Shown here: positions 41,273-51,227 of the stretch, in pieces
Numbering within the stretch: position 1 is the stretch's first letter
How the letters are laid out: the number at the start of each line of letters is the position of its first letter
Assembly: GCA_963794415.1 (NCBI GenBank)
Contig: CAWCDI010000001.1
Coordinates: 754,262 to 818,261 of the forward strand
Origin: an uncultured Actinomycetes bacterium
Lineage (GTDB): Bacteria > Actinomycetota > Thermoleophilia > Gaiellales > JAICJC01
Direction: 5' to 3'
DNA: 64,000 bases
Position numbers and translations under genes: made by a program
Notes under the pieces: model-generated
What the model saw: only the letters and a program-made list of their open reading frames with translations
Databases searched by the model: none
What the model was told of the DNA's origin: nothing

Positions 41273-42652
41273 GTGACGACTGCAAAACGCGTGATGATCA
41301 TCGGCCTTGACTGCGCCGCTCCCGAGATCGTCTTCGATGACATGCGGGCCGAGCTCCCGGTGCTGTCCGGCCTCATGGATCGCGGGGCGTGGGGGAAGCT
41401 CGAGTCGAGCGACCCGCCCATCACCGTGCCCGCATGGTCGTGCATGATGTCGTCCAAGGATCCGGGTGCGCTCGGCTTCTACGGCTTTCGAAACCGCGCG
41501 GATCACTCGTACGACGGCATGGTCTTCGCCACGTCCGACCGCGTGAAGGACGACCGGCTCTGGGACATTCTCAGCCGCGCCGGCAAGCACTGCACCGTGA
41601 TGAGCGTGCCGATGACGTTCCCGCCGCCCAACGTGAACGGCGAGCTCATCTCATGCTTCCTCGCGCCGTCCACCAAGTCGCGCTACACCTCGCCCCCCGA
41701 GCTTCGCGACGAGATCAGCGAGGTCGTGGGCGAGTACATGCTCGACGTCCCCAACTTCCGCACCGACGACCGCGACCGCATCCTTCGCGACATCATCGAG
41801 ATGACCCGCCGCCGGTTCAAGCTGGCCCGGCACTTCCGCGACACGCGGCCCTGGGACTTCCTGATGCTGGTCGAGATGGGCACCGATCGCCTGCACCACG
41901 CGTTCTGGCGCTTCTACGACCACAAGCATCCCGACTACGTGCCCGGCAACCAGTACGAGCAGGCGTTCCGCGACTACTACAAGATGGTCGATGCCGAGAT
42001 TGGCGAGCTCATTGAGGGCCTCGGCGACGAGACCGCGATCATGGTGGTCTCCGACCACGGCGCCCAGTCCATGTACGGGGGCATCCAGATCAACGAGTGG
42101 CTGATGCAGAACGGCTACCTGACCCTCATCGATCCCCCGACCGAGCCGACGCCCATCGGCCGGTGCGAGATCGACTGGTCGAAGACCCGTGTCTGGGCCG
42201 ACGGCGGGTACTACTCGCGCGTCTTTCTGAACGTCGCGGGCAGGGAGCCCAACGGCATCGTCCAGCCGCACGAGGTGGAGCCGCTCCTCGAGGAGCTCAT
42301 CGCAAAGCTCGAGGCGCTGGGCGACGAGCAGGGCAACCCCATCGGCACGAAGGCCTACCGGCCCGGCGACCTCTATGCCGTGGCCAACAACGTGCCGCCC
42401 GATCTCATCGTCTACTTCGGCAACCTCACGTGGCGCTCCATCGGCTCCCTGGGCGACGGCCGCATCCACGTGCGCGAGAACGACACCGGCCCGGACGACG
42501 CCAACCACGCAAAGCACGGCATCGCCATCATGACCGGCCCCGGAATGCCCGAATCGCTGCCTGACGACGCCGTGCTCTACGACGTCGCGCCAACCGTGCT
42601 GACCGCGCTGGGACTCCCCGTCCCGGCCGACATGCGCGGCCGCGCGCTCTAG
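41273..42652 (+). CDS. Alkaline phosphatase superfamily protein, paralog of 38464..40092
   Basis: GTG 41273. VMIIGLDCAAPE...PPITVPAWSCMMS...VSDHGA. No signal peptide. Confidence 0.75.
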   Translation: MTTAKRVMIIGLDCAAPEIVFDDMRAELPVLSGLMDRGAWGKLESSDPPITVPAWSCMMSSKDPGALGFYGFRNRADHSYDGMVFATSDRVKDDRLWDILSRAGKHCTVMSVPMTFPPPNVNGELISCFLAPSTKSRYTSPPELRDEISEVVGEYMLDVPNFRTDDRDRILRDIIEMTRRRFKLARHFRDTRPWDFLMLVEMGTDRLHHAFWRFYDHKHPDYVPGNQYEQAFRDYYKMVDAEIGELIEGLGDETAIMVVSDHGAQSMYGGIQINEWLMQNGYLTLIDPPTEPTPIGRCEIDWSKTRVWADGGYYSRVFLNVAGREPNGIVQPHEVEPLLEELIAKLEALGDEQGNPIGTKAYRPGDLYAVANNVPPDLIVYFGNLTWRSIGSLGDGRIHVRENDTGPDDANHAKHGIAIMTGPGMPESLPDDAVLYDVAPTVLTALGLPVPADMRGRAL

Positions 42653-42679
42653 GGAACGCCGCGCCCGCACGGGAGTACG

Positions 42680-44341
42680 ATGCCCGCCATGGCTACCCAC
42701 GTTGCCGACCGCCGGCAGACGATTGCGCGGGCTCGCGAGATCACCCGGGTCGCGGCCCGGCACGGCTTCGGCTACGCCTTCGAGCGGCGGCCGTTCCGGC
42801 ATTCGCCGCCGCCGGGCCAGTCCGAGGCGAGCGTCGGCCGCCACCTGCGCGAGTTCCTGGACGAGCTGGGCCCGACGTTCGTGAAGTTCGGGCAGCTCCT
42901 CTCGACGCGCCCCGACCTCGTCCCGCCCGACGTCGCGACCGAGCTCGAGAAGCTGCAGGACTCCGTCTCGCCATTCTCGTTCGAGCTGGCCCGCGCCGTG
43001 ATCGAATCGGAGCTCGAGGCGCCCCTCGAGACGCTCTTCGCATCGTTCGACCCCGTCCCGATCGCCGCGGCATCCATCGGCCAGGTGCACAGGGCCGAGC
43101 TGCAGAGCGGCCGGCAGGTCGCGGTGAAGGTGCAGCGGCCCAACGCCTCGGCCCAGGTCGAGTCGGACCTGGCGCTCCTCTACCAGCTTGCCCGGGGCGT
43201 GCGGAAGCGCGTGAAGCGCCTGCAGTTCATGGACACGGTCGCCGTGGTGGACGAGTTCGCCCGCTCGATCCGCCGTGAGCTCGACTTCCGCATCGAGGGC
43301 CGAAACGCCGAGCTCTTCCGGCGCAACTTCGACGCCGATCCGCGGGTCGAGATCCCGCGGGTGTACTGGACGTACTCCAGCGAGAAGGTGCTCACCCTGG
43401 AGTGGCTCGACGGGCGGAAGCTCCGCGAGGTGGACGTGGCGACGACGCCCATGGAGGAGCGGCGGCGCCTCGCGCTCCTCATCGCCGACACGTGGCTCGA
43501 GATGATCTTCCGCCACGGGGTGTTCCACGCAGACCCACACCCGTCCAACATCTTCGTGATGCCCGACGGCCGCCTCGGGCTGGTCGACTTCGGCCAGACG
43601 GGGAGCCTCTCGGCGGGCGACATGAACCGCCTCACGCTGCTCCTGCTCGACTGCGTGAACGAGAACGTCGATGCCCTGCCGCGGCGGCTGCACGACCTGG
43701 GCGTGCGCTTCGACAAGGAGCAGGAGGAGGAGTTCCGCATCGAGCTGCGCGAGGTGTTCTACCGCTACCAGGGCGCCGCGCTGGGCGAGATCGACCCGCT
43801 CCAGGTCATCCGCGAGGCGTTCACGCTCATCTACAAGATGCAGGTGTCGCTGCCTACGCGGTTCACGCTGCTCGACAAGACGCTTGCGACGCTCGGGAGC
43901 GTCGGCACCGAGCTCTACCCCGACTTCAACGTGTTCGAGGTGGCCGAGCCGTACGCCACCGAGCTCGTCGCGCGGCGCTACTCGCCCGACGCGCTGGCCC
44001 GCCGCGGACGCACCGAGCTCGCGCACTACGGCAGCGTGGCGATGGAGCTTCCCTACCAGCTGCACGACATCCTCGAGGAGTTCCGCGACGGCCAGATCGA
44101 CGTCAAGGTGAGCTACCCGGGGCTCGACAAGCTGCTGGCCGCGAGCGACGTGATGTTCAACCGCCTGGTGATCGCCATCGTGATCGCCGGCTCGTTGGTT
44201 GGCTCCTCGCTCATCGGCCGGTCGGCCAACGGCGGCGTGCACGTGTTCGGCATCCACATCCTGGCGTTCCTGGGGTTCGTGATCTCGTTCATCATGGGCA
44301 CCGCGCTGGTCATCTCGATCCTGCGCCACGGGCGGCTCTGA
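42680..44341 (+). CDS. ABC1/UbiB family atypical kinase
   Basis: 553 aa. LGPTFVKFGQLLSTRPDL, AAASIGQVHRA, HADPHPSNI, DFGQ, and C-terminal TM segments. Confidence 0.85.
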   Translation: MPAMATHVADRRQTIARAREITRVAARHGFGYAFERRPFRHSPPPGQSEASVGRHLREFLDELGPTFVKFGQLLSTRPDLVPPDVATELEKLQDSVSPFSFELARAVIESELEAPLETLFASFDPVPIAAASIGQVHRAELQSGRQVAVKVQRPNASAQVESDLALLYQLARGVRKRVKRLQFMDTVAVVDEFARSIRRELDFRIEGRNAELFRRNFDADPRVEIPRVYWTYSSEKVLTLEWLDGRKLREVDVATTPMEERRRLALLIADTWLEMIFRHGVFHADPHPSNIFVMPDGRLGLVDFGQTGSLSAGDMNRLTLLLLDCVNENVDALPRRLHDLGVRFDKEQEEEFRIELREVFYRYQGAALGEIDPLQVIREAFTLIYKMQVSLPTRFTLLDKTLATLGSVGTELYPDFNVFEVAEPYATELVARRYSPDALARRGRTELAHYGSVAMELPYQLHDILEEFRDGQIDVKVSYPGLDKLLAASDVMFNRLVIAIVIAGSLVGSSLIGRSANGGVHVFGIHILAFLGFVISFIMGTALVISILRHGRL

Positions 44342-44369
44342 CGTCCGGATGGCTCCCTAGCATGGGACC

Positions 44370-46720
44370 ATGGACGCAGTTGAACCGGGGTGGATCTTCG
44401 CCCCTTGCACACCGGCCGCCGCCGACGATCTCGCGGCGCAGCTCGGCGTGCATCGCGTCACTGCCGAGGCTCTCATCCGGCGGGGCCACGACTCGCCCGA
44501 GCTGGCCCAGGCATTCCTCGCGGCCGCCGATCCCGGCCACGATCCGCTGACGCTCGGCGACATGTCCGCGGCGTGCAGCCGCATCCTCGAGGCGATCGCG
44601 CAGAAGACCCGCATCTGCATCCACGGCGACTACGACGCCGACGGCATCTGTGCCACGGCCATGGCGGTGCTCGCGCTGCAGGGCCTCGGCGCGAACGTCG
44701 AGTGGCACCTGCCCAGCCGGTTCGAGGAGGGCTACGGTCTCGCCGCCGCCACGGTCGAGAAGCTTGCGGAGTCCGGTGTCGGCCTCCTGATCACCGTCGA
44801 TTGCGGCATCACCGCGGTCGCGCAGGTCGCCCGGGCCAGGGAGCTCGGCATGGACGTCATCATCACCGACCACCACCAGCCCGGCGCGGAGCTCCCCGAC
44901 ACGCTGCGGGTGTGCACGCGGCCCTCGGACTACGCGTTTCCCGAGCTGTGCGGCACGGCCGTCGCCTACAAGCTCTCGCGAGCGCTCTACGCTGCCGCCG
45001 GGCGCGACCCGGCCGAGCTCGAGCAGCACCTCGATCTGGTCGCGATTGCCACCGTGGCCGACGTCATGCCGCTGCGCGACGAGAACCGGAGCCTGGTGCG
45101 CGACGGCCTGCGGCGGCTCTCCCGCACGCAGAAGATCGGCCTGCGCGCGCTGATGTTCTCGGCGCGGGTCGACCGCGTGAACGTCGCGGCATCGGACATC
45201 GGCTTCCGGCTGGCCCCGCGCATCAACGCCGCGGGCCGGCTGCGCCATCCCGGCGAGGCGCTCGAGCTGATGCTCACCACCGACGAGCGCCGCGCCCGCG
45301 AGCTCGCCGCCCAGCTCGAGCACCTCAATCGCGACCGGCAGGCGGTGGAGGACACCATCCTGCAGGAGGCGATCGCCCTGGTGGACGTCGCGACGCCCGA
45401 ATGGCGCGATCGGCACGCCTACGTGATCGCATCGCGGGACTGGCACGAGGGCGTGATCGGCATCGTGGCATCGCGGCTGGTGGAGAAGTACCGCCGGCCG
45501 GTGGTGCTCATCGCCGTCGGCGAGGGTGAGGGCAAGGGCTCGGGGCGAAGCGTCCCGGGCTACGACCTGCACGCCGGCATCACCGCGGGCGGCCATCACC
45601 TGCTGCGCTTCGGGGGCCACAAGGCAGCCGCGGGCCTCACGGTGGACCCGGAGCAGATCCCGGCCTTCGCGGCCGCCTTTGCCGAGCACGCCGAGCGTGA
45701 GCTCGGAGGGCGCCCGGCGGCGATGCAGCGGCACGTCGATGCGGTGCTCGCGCCGTCCGAGGTCTCGCTCGAGCTCATCGAGGAGCTTGCAGCGCTCGAG
45801 CCGTTCGGGCTCGGGAACCCTGGCATCACCCTGCTCGCTCCGGCGGCCACGCTGCGCGGCATCGAGCGCATGGGTGAGGGCAAGCACCTGCGATGCACGG
45901 TCGAGCTTGGCGGCTACCGCTGCCGGGCTGTCGGATTCGGCATGGGCGAGCTCTCCGAGCAGATCGATCCCAATGCCCGTCACGACGTGGCCTACCGCAT
46001 CCAGCGAAACGAGTGGAACGGCGCGGTGACGCCGCAGATGATCCTGCGCGGGGTAGTCGCCACCCCATCGGGCTTCCGGCGGCGCCGCACGACCCGCTGT
46101 CGGTTGCCGATCGCGGGCTCGGGCGCGCAAAGGTCGTCGACGAGCGCGGCCACGGCGTGCAGATCACCACCATCGCGCGGATGGCGGCGGCGGGCGAGCC
46201 GGTGCTGGTGCTGGTCGCAGACGTCGCCCGCCGCAAGGCGATGCTCACCGGGCCCCTGGATCCCTGCCGGTTCGGCGAGGGTGCCATCACGCTTGCCGAC
46301 TACGCGCAGGCGGCGGCCATCCCCGACCTCGCCCAGCGCTACGCGCGCGTCGTGGCGCTCGACCCGCCCGCCAGCACCGATGCCGGCGCGCTCCTGGCCG
46401 AGCTGGGCTCGACCACCACGGTGCACCTCGTGTGGGGCGCGGGGGAGATCGCCTTCGCGCGGTCGGTGGCAGAGCGGCGCGAGCCTCTGCGCGACGCGCT
46501 CAAGCTGGTGTGGATGGCCCAGCAGGCCGGCGAGGCAGACATCCCGCTCTCGCCCGAGACCGTCGAGCAGTGCAGGGCCGTCCTGGCCGAGGTGGGGCTC
46601 GAGACGGGCGCCGGCGTGGCGGTCAAGGTCGATCTGGAAGCCTCGCCCACGTTCCGCGAGGCGATGGCCCGCATGGAAGCCGTCACGCGGTTTCTCGCGT
46701 CGGACCAGATCGCCGTCTGA
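44370..46720 (+). pseudogene. recJ: Single-stranded-DNA-specific exonuclease RecJ with an apparent frame break near 46045-46100
   Basis: DHH motifs (HGDYDADG, ITVDCG, ITDHH) and DHHA1 run up to ...NEWNGAVTPQMILRGVV. The high-GC3 signal then continues in another frame (KVVDERGHGVQITTIARM...) to TGA 46720. Confidence 0.7.
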
Positions 46721-46740
46721 TCCTCAACTAGAATACGACC

Positions 46741-48957
46741 ATGGCGACCGTGCCTCGAAGCAAAGAGGCCGAACGGCACGACCACCTTCTGGCCGAGCTG
46801 CTCGGCCACGTCACCGAGTACAACCCCGACGCAGACGCAGGGAAGATCCAGCGCGCGTTCGATTACGCCTGCGATCACCACCAGGGCCAGCTGCGTAAGA
46901 GCGGGGAGGACTTCGTCGTGCATCCCATCGCCGTCGCGGTCATCTGCGCCGAGCTGAAGCTCGACACGTCCACGATCTGCGCGGCGCTCCTGCACGACGT
47001 GGTCGAGGACACCAACGCCGAGCTCGACGACATCAAGGAGCTCTTCGGCGACGAGGTCGCGCTGCTTGTTGACGGCGTCACCAAGCTCACGCGCATCAGC
47101 TTCGCGAGCCGCGAGCAGGCCCAGGTCGAGAACTACCGCAAGATGATCGTGGCGATGGCCAAGGATCTGCGCGTGGTGCTCATCAAGCTGGCCGACCGCA
47201 CGCACAACATGCGCACCATCGCGGGGCTCAGCAAGCAGAAGCAGGTGCAGACGGCCAAGGAGACCCTCGAGATCTACGCGCCGCTGGCCCATCGCCTGGG
47301 TATCCACACGCTCAAGTGGGAGCTCGAGGACCGCGCGTTTCAGACGCTGCATCCGCGGCGCTTCGCCGAGATCGAGGCGATGGTCAACCAGAGCCGTGAC
47401 GAGCGCGAGGGATTCGCCGAGCAGGCGGGCGTCATCCTGCTGCGCGAGCTGGGCGAGGCCCACATCGAGGCCGACATCGCCGGCCGCGCCAAGCACCTCT
47501 ACTCGATCTACACCAAGATGGCGCTCGGCGGCAAGGAGTTCAACGAGATCTACGACCTCACCGCGATGCGGGTGCTCGTGGACGAGCTGAAGGACTGCTA
47601 CGGCACCATCGGCATCATCCACTCGCTGTGGAAGCCCATGCCGGGGCGGTTCAAGGACTACATCGCGATGCCCAAGGTCAACATGTACCAGTCGCTCCAC
47701 ACCACGGTGATCGGGCCGCACGGAAAGCCGCTCGAGATCCAGGTGCGCACCCAGGAGATGCACCAGACCGCCGAGTACGGCATCGCAGCGCACTGGCTCT
47801 ACAAGGAGAAGGCGCAGAAGCGGCCGGTCGAGCAGGGCCAGGCGTGGCTCTCGCAGCTGGCCGACTGGCAGAAGGACGCAGCCGACCCGGCCGACTTCAT
47901 GGAGAACCTGCGGGTCGACCTCTTCTCCGACGAGGTCTACGTCTTCACGCCCAAGGGCGACGTGAAGAGCCTCGCCGCGGGCGCGACCCCGCTCGACTTC
48001 GCCTACAGCGTGCACACCGACGTCGGCCACAGGTGCGTCGGTGCGAAGGTCAACGGCCGCATCGTGCCGCTGCACTACACGCTGAAGTCGGGCGACTTCG
48101 TCGAGGTGCTCACGTCCAAGCAGGAGCGCGGCCCGTCGCGCGACTGGCTGAACGTGGTGAAGACCACGCGCGCCCGCAACAAGATCAAGAACTGGTTCTC
48201 GCAGCAGCGCCGCGAGGATCTCGAGCAGAAGGGCCGCGAGTCGCTGCAGCAGACGCTCAAGTCGCACGGCCTGCCGCATCAGAAGGTGACCGCCTCGCCG
48301 CTCCTGGCCGGGATCATCCGCGACATGGGCTTCAAGAAGGCCGACGACTTCTACGTCGCCATCGGCGCCGGCAAGGTGCCCGTCGGGCAGGTCGTGACCA
48401 AGCTGCTGGGGCGGCTCAAGACCGCCGAGGTGGTGAGCCCCGACCCGGAGCACATCCCGTCGCGGCGCCAGGTCAAGCGGCCAAGCGCGTCCGCCGACTA
48501 CGGAATTGTGGTCGAAGGCGCGGCCGGATCCGGCGTCCTGGTGCGGATGGCGAAGTGCTGCACTCCGGTGCCGGGCGACGACATCTGCGGGTACATCTCG
48601 CTCGGCCGCGGGGTGACCATCCACCGTGACGACTGTCCCAACGTGCGCGCCCTGAAGCGCAATCCCGAGCGGTTCACGCCCGTCAGCTGGGACGAGGCCG
48701 AGTCGGCCACCAGCTCGTTTCGCGTCACCATCGCGCTGCAGTCATGGGACCGCCCGCGCCTGCTGGAGGACGTCGCGCGGACGTTCGCCGAGCACGGTGC
48801 GAACATCGTCGAGTACGGCGGCCACGTGGCCGATCAGATGGCGCGCAACTGGTACACGGTCGAGGTCGGCGACGTGAAGGAGCTTCGCGGTCTGCTGTCG
48901 GCGCTTCGCAACGTGGATGCGGTGTTCGACGCCTACCGCGTGACGCCCGGAAGCTGA
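46741..48957 (+). CDS. rel: Bifunctional (p)ppGpp synthetase/hydrolase (RelA/SpoT homolog)
   Basis: 738 aa. HD hydrolase (HPIAVA...LHDVVEDT), synthetase (YIAMPKVNMYQSLHTTV), TGS and ACT regions. Confidence 0.93.
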   Translation: MATVPRSKEAERHDHLLAELLGHVTEYNPDADAGKIQRAFDYACDHHQGQLRKSGEDFVVHPIAVAVICAELKLDTSTICAALLHDVVEDTNAELDDIKELFGDEVALLVDGVTKLTRISFASREQAQVENYRKMIVAMAKDLRVVLIKLADRTHNMRTIAGLSKQKQVQTAKETLEIYAPLAHRLGIHTLKWELEDRAFQTLHPRRFAEIEAMVNQSRDEREGFAEQAGVILLRELGEAHIEADIAGRAKHLYSIYTKMALGGKEFNEIYDLTAMRVLVDELKDCYGTIGIIHSLWKPMPGRFKDYIAMPKVNMYQSLHTTVIGPHGKPLEIQVRTQEMHQTAEYGIAAHWLYKEKAQKRPVEQGQAWLSQLADWQKDAADPADFMENLRVDLFSDEVYVFTPKGDVKSLAAGATPLDFAYSVHTDVGHRCVGAKVNGRIVPLHYTLKSGDFVEVLTSKQERGPSRDWLNVVKTTRARNKIKNWFSQQRREDLEQKGRESLQQTLKSHGLPHQKVTASPLLAGIIRDMGFKKADDFYVAIGAGKVPVGQVVTKLLGRLKTAEVVSPDPEHIPSRRQVKRPSASADYGIVVEGAAGSGVLVRMAKCCTPVPGDDICGYISLGRGVTIHRDDCPNVRALKRNPERFTPVSWDEAESATSSFRVTIALQSWDRPRLLEDVARTFAEHGANIVEYGGHVADQMARNWYTVEVGDVKELRGLLSALRNVDAVFDAYRVTPGS

Positions 48958-48982
48958 CCGCCTCGCTCTGTAGAGTGGGCCC

Positions 48983-49483
48983 ATGAAGACCCTCGAGGGC
49001 GAAGCAGTGGTCTGGGAGGGCCATCCCAGCTGGAAGGCGATGATCGTCTTCTACATCAAGTGGCTCCTCATCTCGCTGATCCCCATCGCGATCTGGGTCG
49101 CCCTTCGGGCCGGCGGGCAGCACACAGGCGCCTTCTGGTTCTCGCTGATCAGCGTGATCGGCATCATCGTGACGCTCCTCGGAGGGTGGCTGCGCCGCCA
49201 GACGGTGCGGTATCTGGTCACCGACCGGCGCATCATGATCCGGCAGGGCGTGATCTCCAAGAACGAGCGAACGACGCACCTCGAGCGCGTGCAGAACGTG
49301 TCCATGCGCCAGGGAGTGATCGAGCGCCTGCTGGGGATCGGCGACGTCGACTGGGACACTGCGGGCACCAGCGAGAACGACGCCGACTTCACGTTCTACG
49401 GCATCGACGACCCTTCACATCTGGTGCACCTGGTCGATCACTATCACGGGCAAGCCCAGCAGGACTCGCCCACCCAGATCTGA
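48983..49483 (+). CDS. Membrane protein with bacterial PH domain (DUF304/YdbT-like)
   Basis: Two TM segments followed by YLVTDRRIMIRQGVISKNERT...V. Confidence 0.75.
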   Translation: MKTLEGEAVVWEGHPSWKAMIVFYIKWLLISLIPIAIWVALRAGGQHTGAFWFSLISVIGIIVTLLGGWLRRQTVRYLVTDRRIMIRQGVISKNERTTHLERVQNVSMRQGVIERLLGIGDVDWDTAGTSENDADFTFYGIDDPSHLVHLVDHYHGQAQQDSPTQI

Positions 49484-49526
49484 CCGGGTGATTGACGGCC
49501 CGGGGACACGCTCGTAGCCTCGGCAC

Positions 49527-49766
49527 ATGAAACTCGACCGCAACAACCGCTGGTTCCGGGGCGCCATCGCCCTGATGATCACCTCCGTCGTGATCGGCGT
49601 GCTGGAGCTCTACGCCATCGTGGGACGAAACGCGATCCCGCCCGAGTGGACGAACTGGTTCCTCATGTCGATGCCGATTGCCGCCATGCTCTGTGTCCTA
49701 CAATCACTGCGTGAGCGACAGCACAGCGATCCGGAAGTTCGCGCTCGCCTTTCCGAAGGCGTTTGA
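49527..49766 (+). CDS. Small two-TM hypothetical membrane protein
   Basis: GC3 is high up to about 49700. The tail overlaps the next gene by 56 nt. Confidence 0.45.
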   Translation: MKLDRNNRWFRGAIALMITSVVIGVLELYAIVGRNAIPPEWTNWFLMSMPIAAMLCVLQSLRERQHSDPEVRARLSEGV

Positions 49767-50058
49767 AGACCACCCGTTCGGCCCGGAGAGCCACGTGTTC
49801 AAGGTCGGCGGCAAGAGCATGTTCGTCATCCTCCACGACGGCCCGCCGGCCACGGCGACGCTCAAGCTGACCAAGGAGGAGCGCCAGGTGGCGCTCGAGA
49901 TGCCGTATGTCAGCGAGGCGAAGTACGTGGGCCGCTACGGCTGGATCACCGCCCGGATCGAGGACGAGCACGCGCTCGACGCCACGTTCGAGTGGATCCG
50001 CGAGAGCTACTGGCTGAAGGCCCCGGCAGACGTGCGCGAAGCCGCCTGGGCCGACTGA
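49711..50058 (+). CDS. MmcQ/YjbR family DNA-binding protein
   Basis: GTG 49711. Family-like sequence: FALAFPKAFEDHPFG...VFKVGGKSMF...RYGWI. Confidence 0.7.
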   Translation: MSDSTAIRKFALAFPKAFEDHPFGPESHVFKVGGKSMFVILHDGPPATATLKLTKEERQVALEMPYVSEAKYVGRYGWITARIEDEHALDATFEWIRESYWLKAPADVREAAWAD

Positions 50059-50063
50059 TCACC

Positions 50064-50096
50064 GTGAATGGACGGTGCCTGGCACCGCCTATTCAC
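50064..50096. repeat. 33-nt palindromic element, copy B (GTGAATGGACGGTGCCTGGCACCGCCTATTCAC)
   Basis: 14 of 16 bp pair in the stem. It sits between convergent stops at 50058 and 50116 and shares GTGAA..G.CGGTGCC.GGCACCG..TATTCAC with copy A. Confidence 0.8.
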
Positions 50097-50115
50097 GTAT
50101 AGGGGAGGGTGTGGT

Positions 50116-50271
50116 CTAGCTGAGCGAGCGCGTGCCGCCGCCTTCGAGTGCCCGCATCGAGAACTCGAAGACCACGCAGAGCGCGGCGGCCACGAGGAGG
50201 CCGGCCACGCCGAACACGAAGAACGCCGCCACGACCGCGCCCACTGAGAGGAGGTTTCGCAAGAGGGTCAT
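50116..50271 (-). CDS. 51-aa hydrophobic peptide (not in the ORF track)
   Basis: MTLLRNLLSVGAVVAAFFVFGVAGLLVAAALCVVFEF... with very high GC3. Last gene of the pgm-thioesterase-GAF string. The SD is poorly spaced. Confidence 0.4.
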   Translation of the reverse strand: MTLLRNLLSVGAVVAAFFVFGVAGLLVAAALCVVFEFSMRALEGGGTRSLS

Positions 50272-50310
50272 CCTCTCAGTGTCAGTCGCAAAGCCGGTTT
50301 CGGCCCTCCC

Positions 50311-50790
50311 TCAGACGGGGGAAGCGCAGTGCGCCGCGATGATCGCGGCCACCTGCTCGAGGAAGATCCGGTCGGGCTCGCCGAAGGCCCCCGGCGTGTC
50401 GGAGTCGACGTCGATCTCGGCCACGACCGTGCCCTCGTGGATGATCGGCACCACGATCTCGGCGCGCGTCGAGATGAAGCAGGCGATGTAGCGCTCGTCG
50501 GCGTTCACGTCGTCCACGATCTCGGTGATGCCTGTCGCCGCGGCCGCGCCGCAGATCCCGGCGCCCACCGGGATCCGCGTGTGCTCGGTCGCCTCTGGCC
50601 CTTCCCACGGCCCCAGCACCAGGTCGCTGCCCTCGACGTGGTAGACGCCGATCCAGGAGTAGTGCTCGATGCGATCGTGCAGCGCGGTGACCGTCTGGCG
50701 CACCACCGTCGCCGGGTCGGACTCGCGCGCGACGATGCGGCCGATGGCCTCGAGCGCTCCGCGCCGTTCGTCGTCGGCCCGGCTGGTCAC
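50311..50790 (-). CDS. Stand-alone GAF domain protein (free methionine-R-sulfoxide reductase-like)
   Basis: 159 aa. ...WIGVYHV...GICGAAA...ACF.STRAEIVVPI. GTG start in a GTGA overlap with the upstream stop. Confidence 0.75.
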   Translation of the reverse strand: MTSRADDERRGALEAIGRIVARESDPATVVRQTVTALHDRIEHYSWIGVYHVEGSDLVLGPWEGPEATEHTRIPVGAGICGAAAATGITEIVDDVNADERYIACFISTRAEIVVPIIHEGTVVAEIDVDSDTPGAFGEPDRIFLEQVAAIIAAHCASPV

Positions 50791-51227
50791 AGCTCTGCTC
50801 CGGGATCAAAGGCGGCGATCGCCTCGCGCACGAGCGACGAGACCGGGGTGGAGCGCCGGCTTCGCGGATCGATCTGCACCACCGTCTGGTTTGCCGTCAC
50901 GAGGTGTGCCCCGGTGGTCACGTCGATCGCCTCGAACTGCCACCGCACGCTGGTGCCGCCGATCTTCGCGACGCGCACGAACACCTCGAGCTGGTCGTCG
51001 AACCGGGCCGGGGCGTGGTACTCCACGTGCTGTGCGCGCATCACGAACTCCGCCACGCCCTCGCCGTTTGCGAGCAGCTCGAGGTGCCGCAGGTACTCGA
51101 CCCGGGGACGGTCGAAGTACGGCATGTACCGGCCGTAGTAGACGACTCCCTGAGCATCGGTCTCGTCGAACCCCACGCGCGTGATGTACGAGAACCGAAA
51201 CGGCGGACGGCGATCGGTGACCGTCAC
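50787..51227 (-). CDS. Acyl-CoA thioesterase (4HBT/YbgC-like hotdog fold)
   Basis: GTG 51227 in a GTGA overlap with the pgm stop. RVGFDETDAQGVVYYGRY is typical of the family. Confidence 0.75.
   Translation of the reverse strand: MTVTDRRPPFRFSYITRVGFDETDAQGVVYYGRYMPYFDRPRVEYLRHLELLANGEGVAEFVMRAQHVEYHAPARFDDQLEVFVRVAKIGGTSVRWQFEAIDVTTGAHLVTANQTVVQIDPRSRRSTPVSSLVREAIAAFDPGAEL

Noticed and set aside
39077-44329. 656-aa and 892-aa minus-strand ORFs over GT4, the AlkP-like paralog and the UbiB-like gene, and the 476-aa plus ORF 39241..40671
   Set aside because: Arg/Pro/Gly-rich shadow frames. The accepted genes have family motifs and better GC3.
46339-48624. 761-aa minus-strand ORF antisense to rel
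   Set aside because: Shadow ORF. rel motifs are clear on the plus strand.
49678-49710. TTG 49678 as the start of the MmcQ/YjbR gene
   Set aside because: It would add 11 non-conserved residues and deepen the overlap with the upstream membrane ORF. GTG 49711 starts exactly at the family-like N-terminus.
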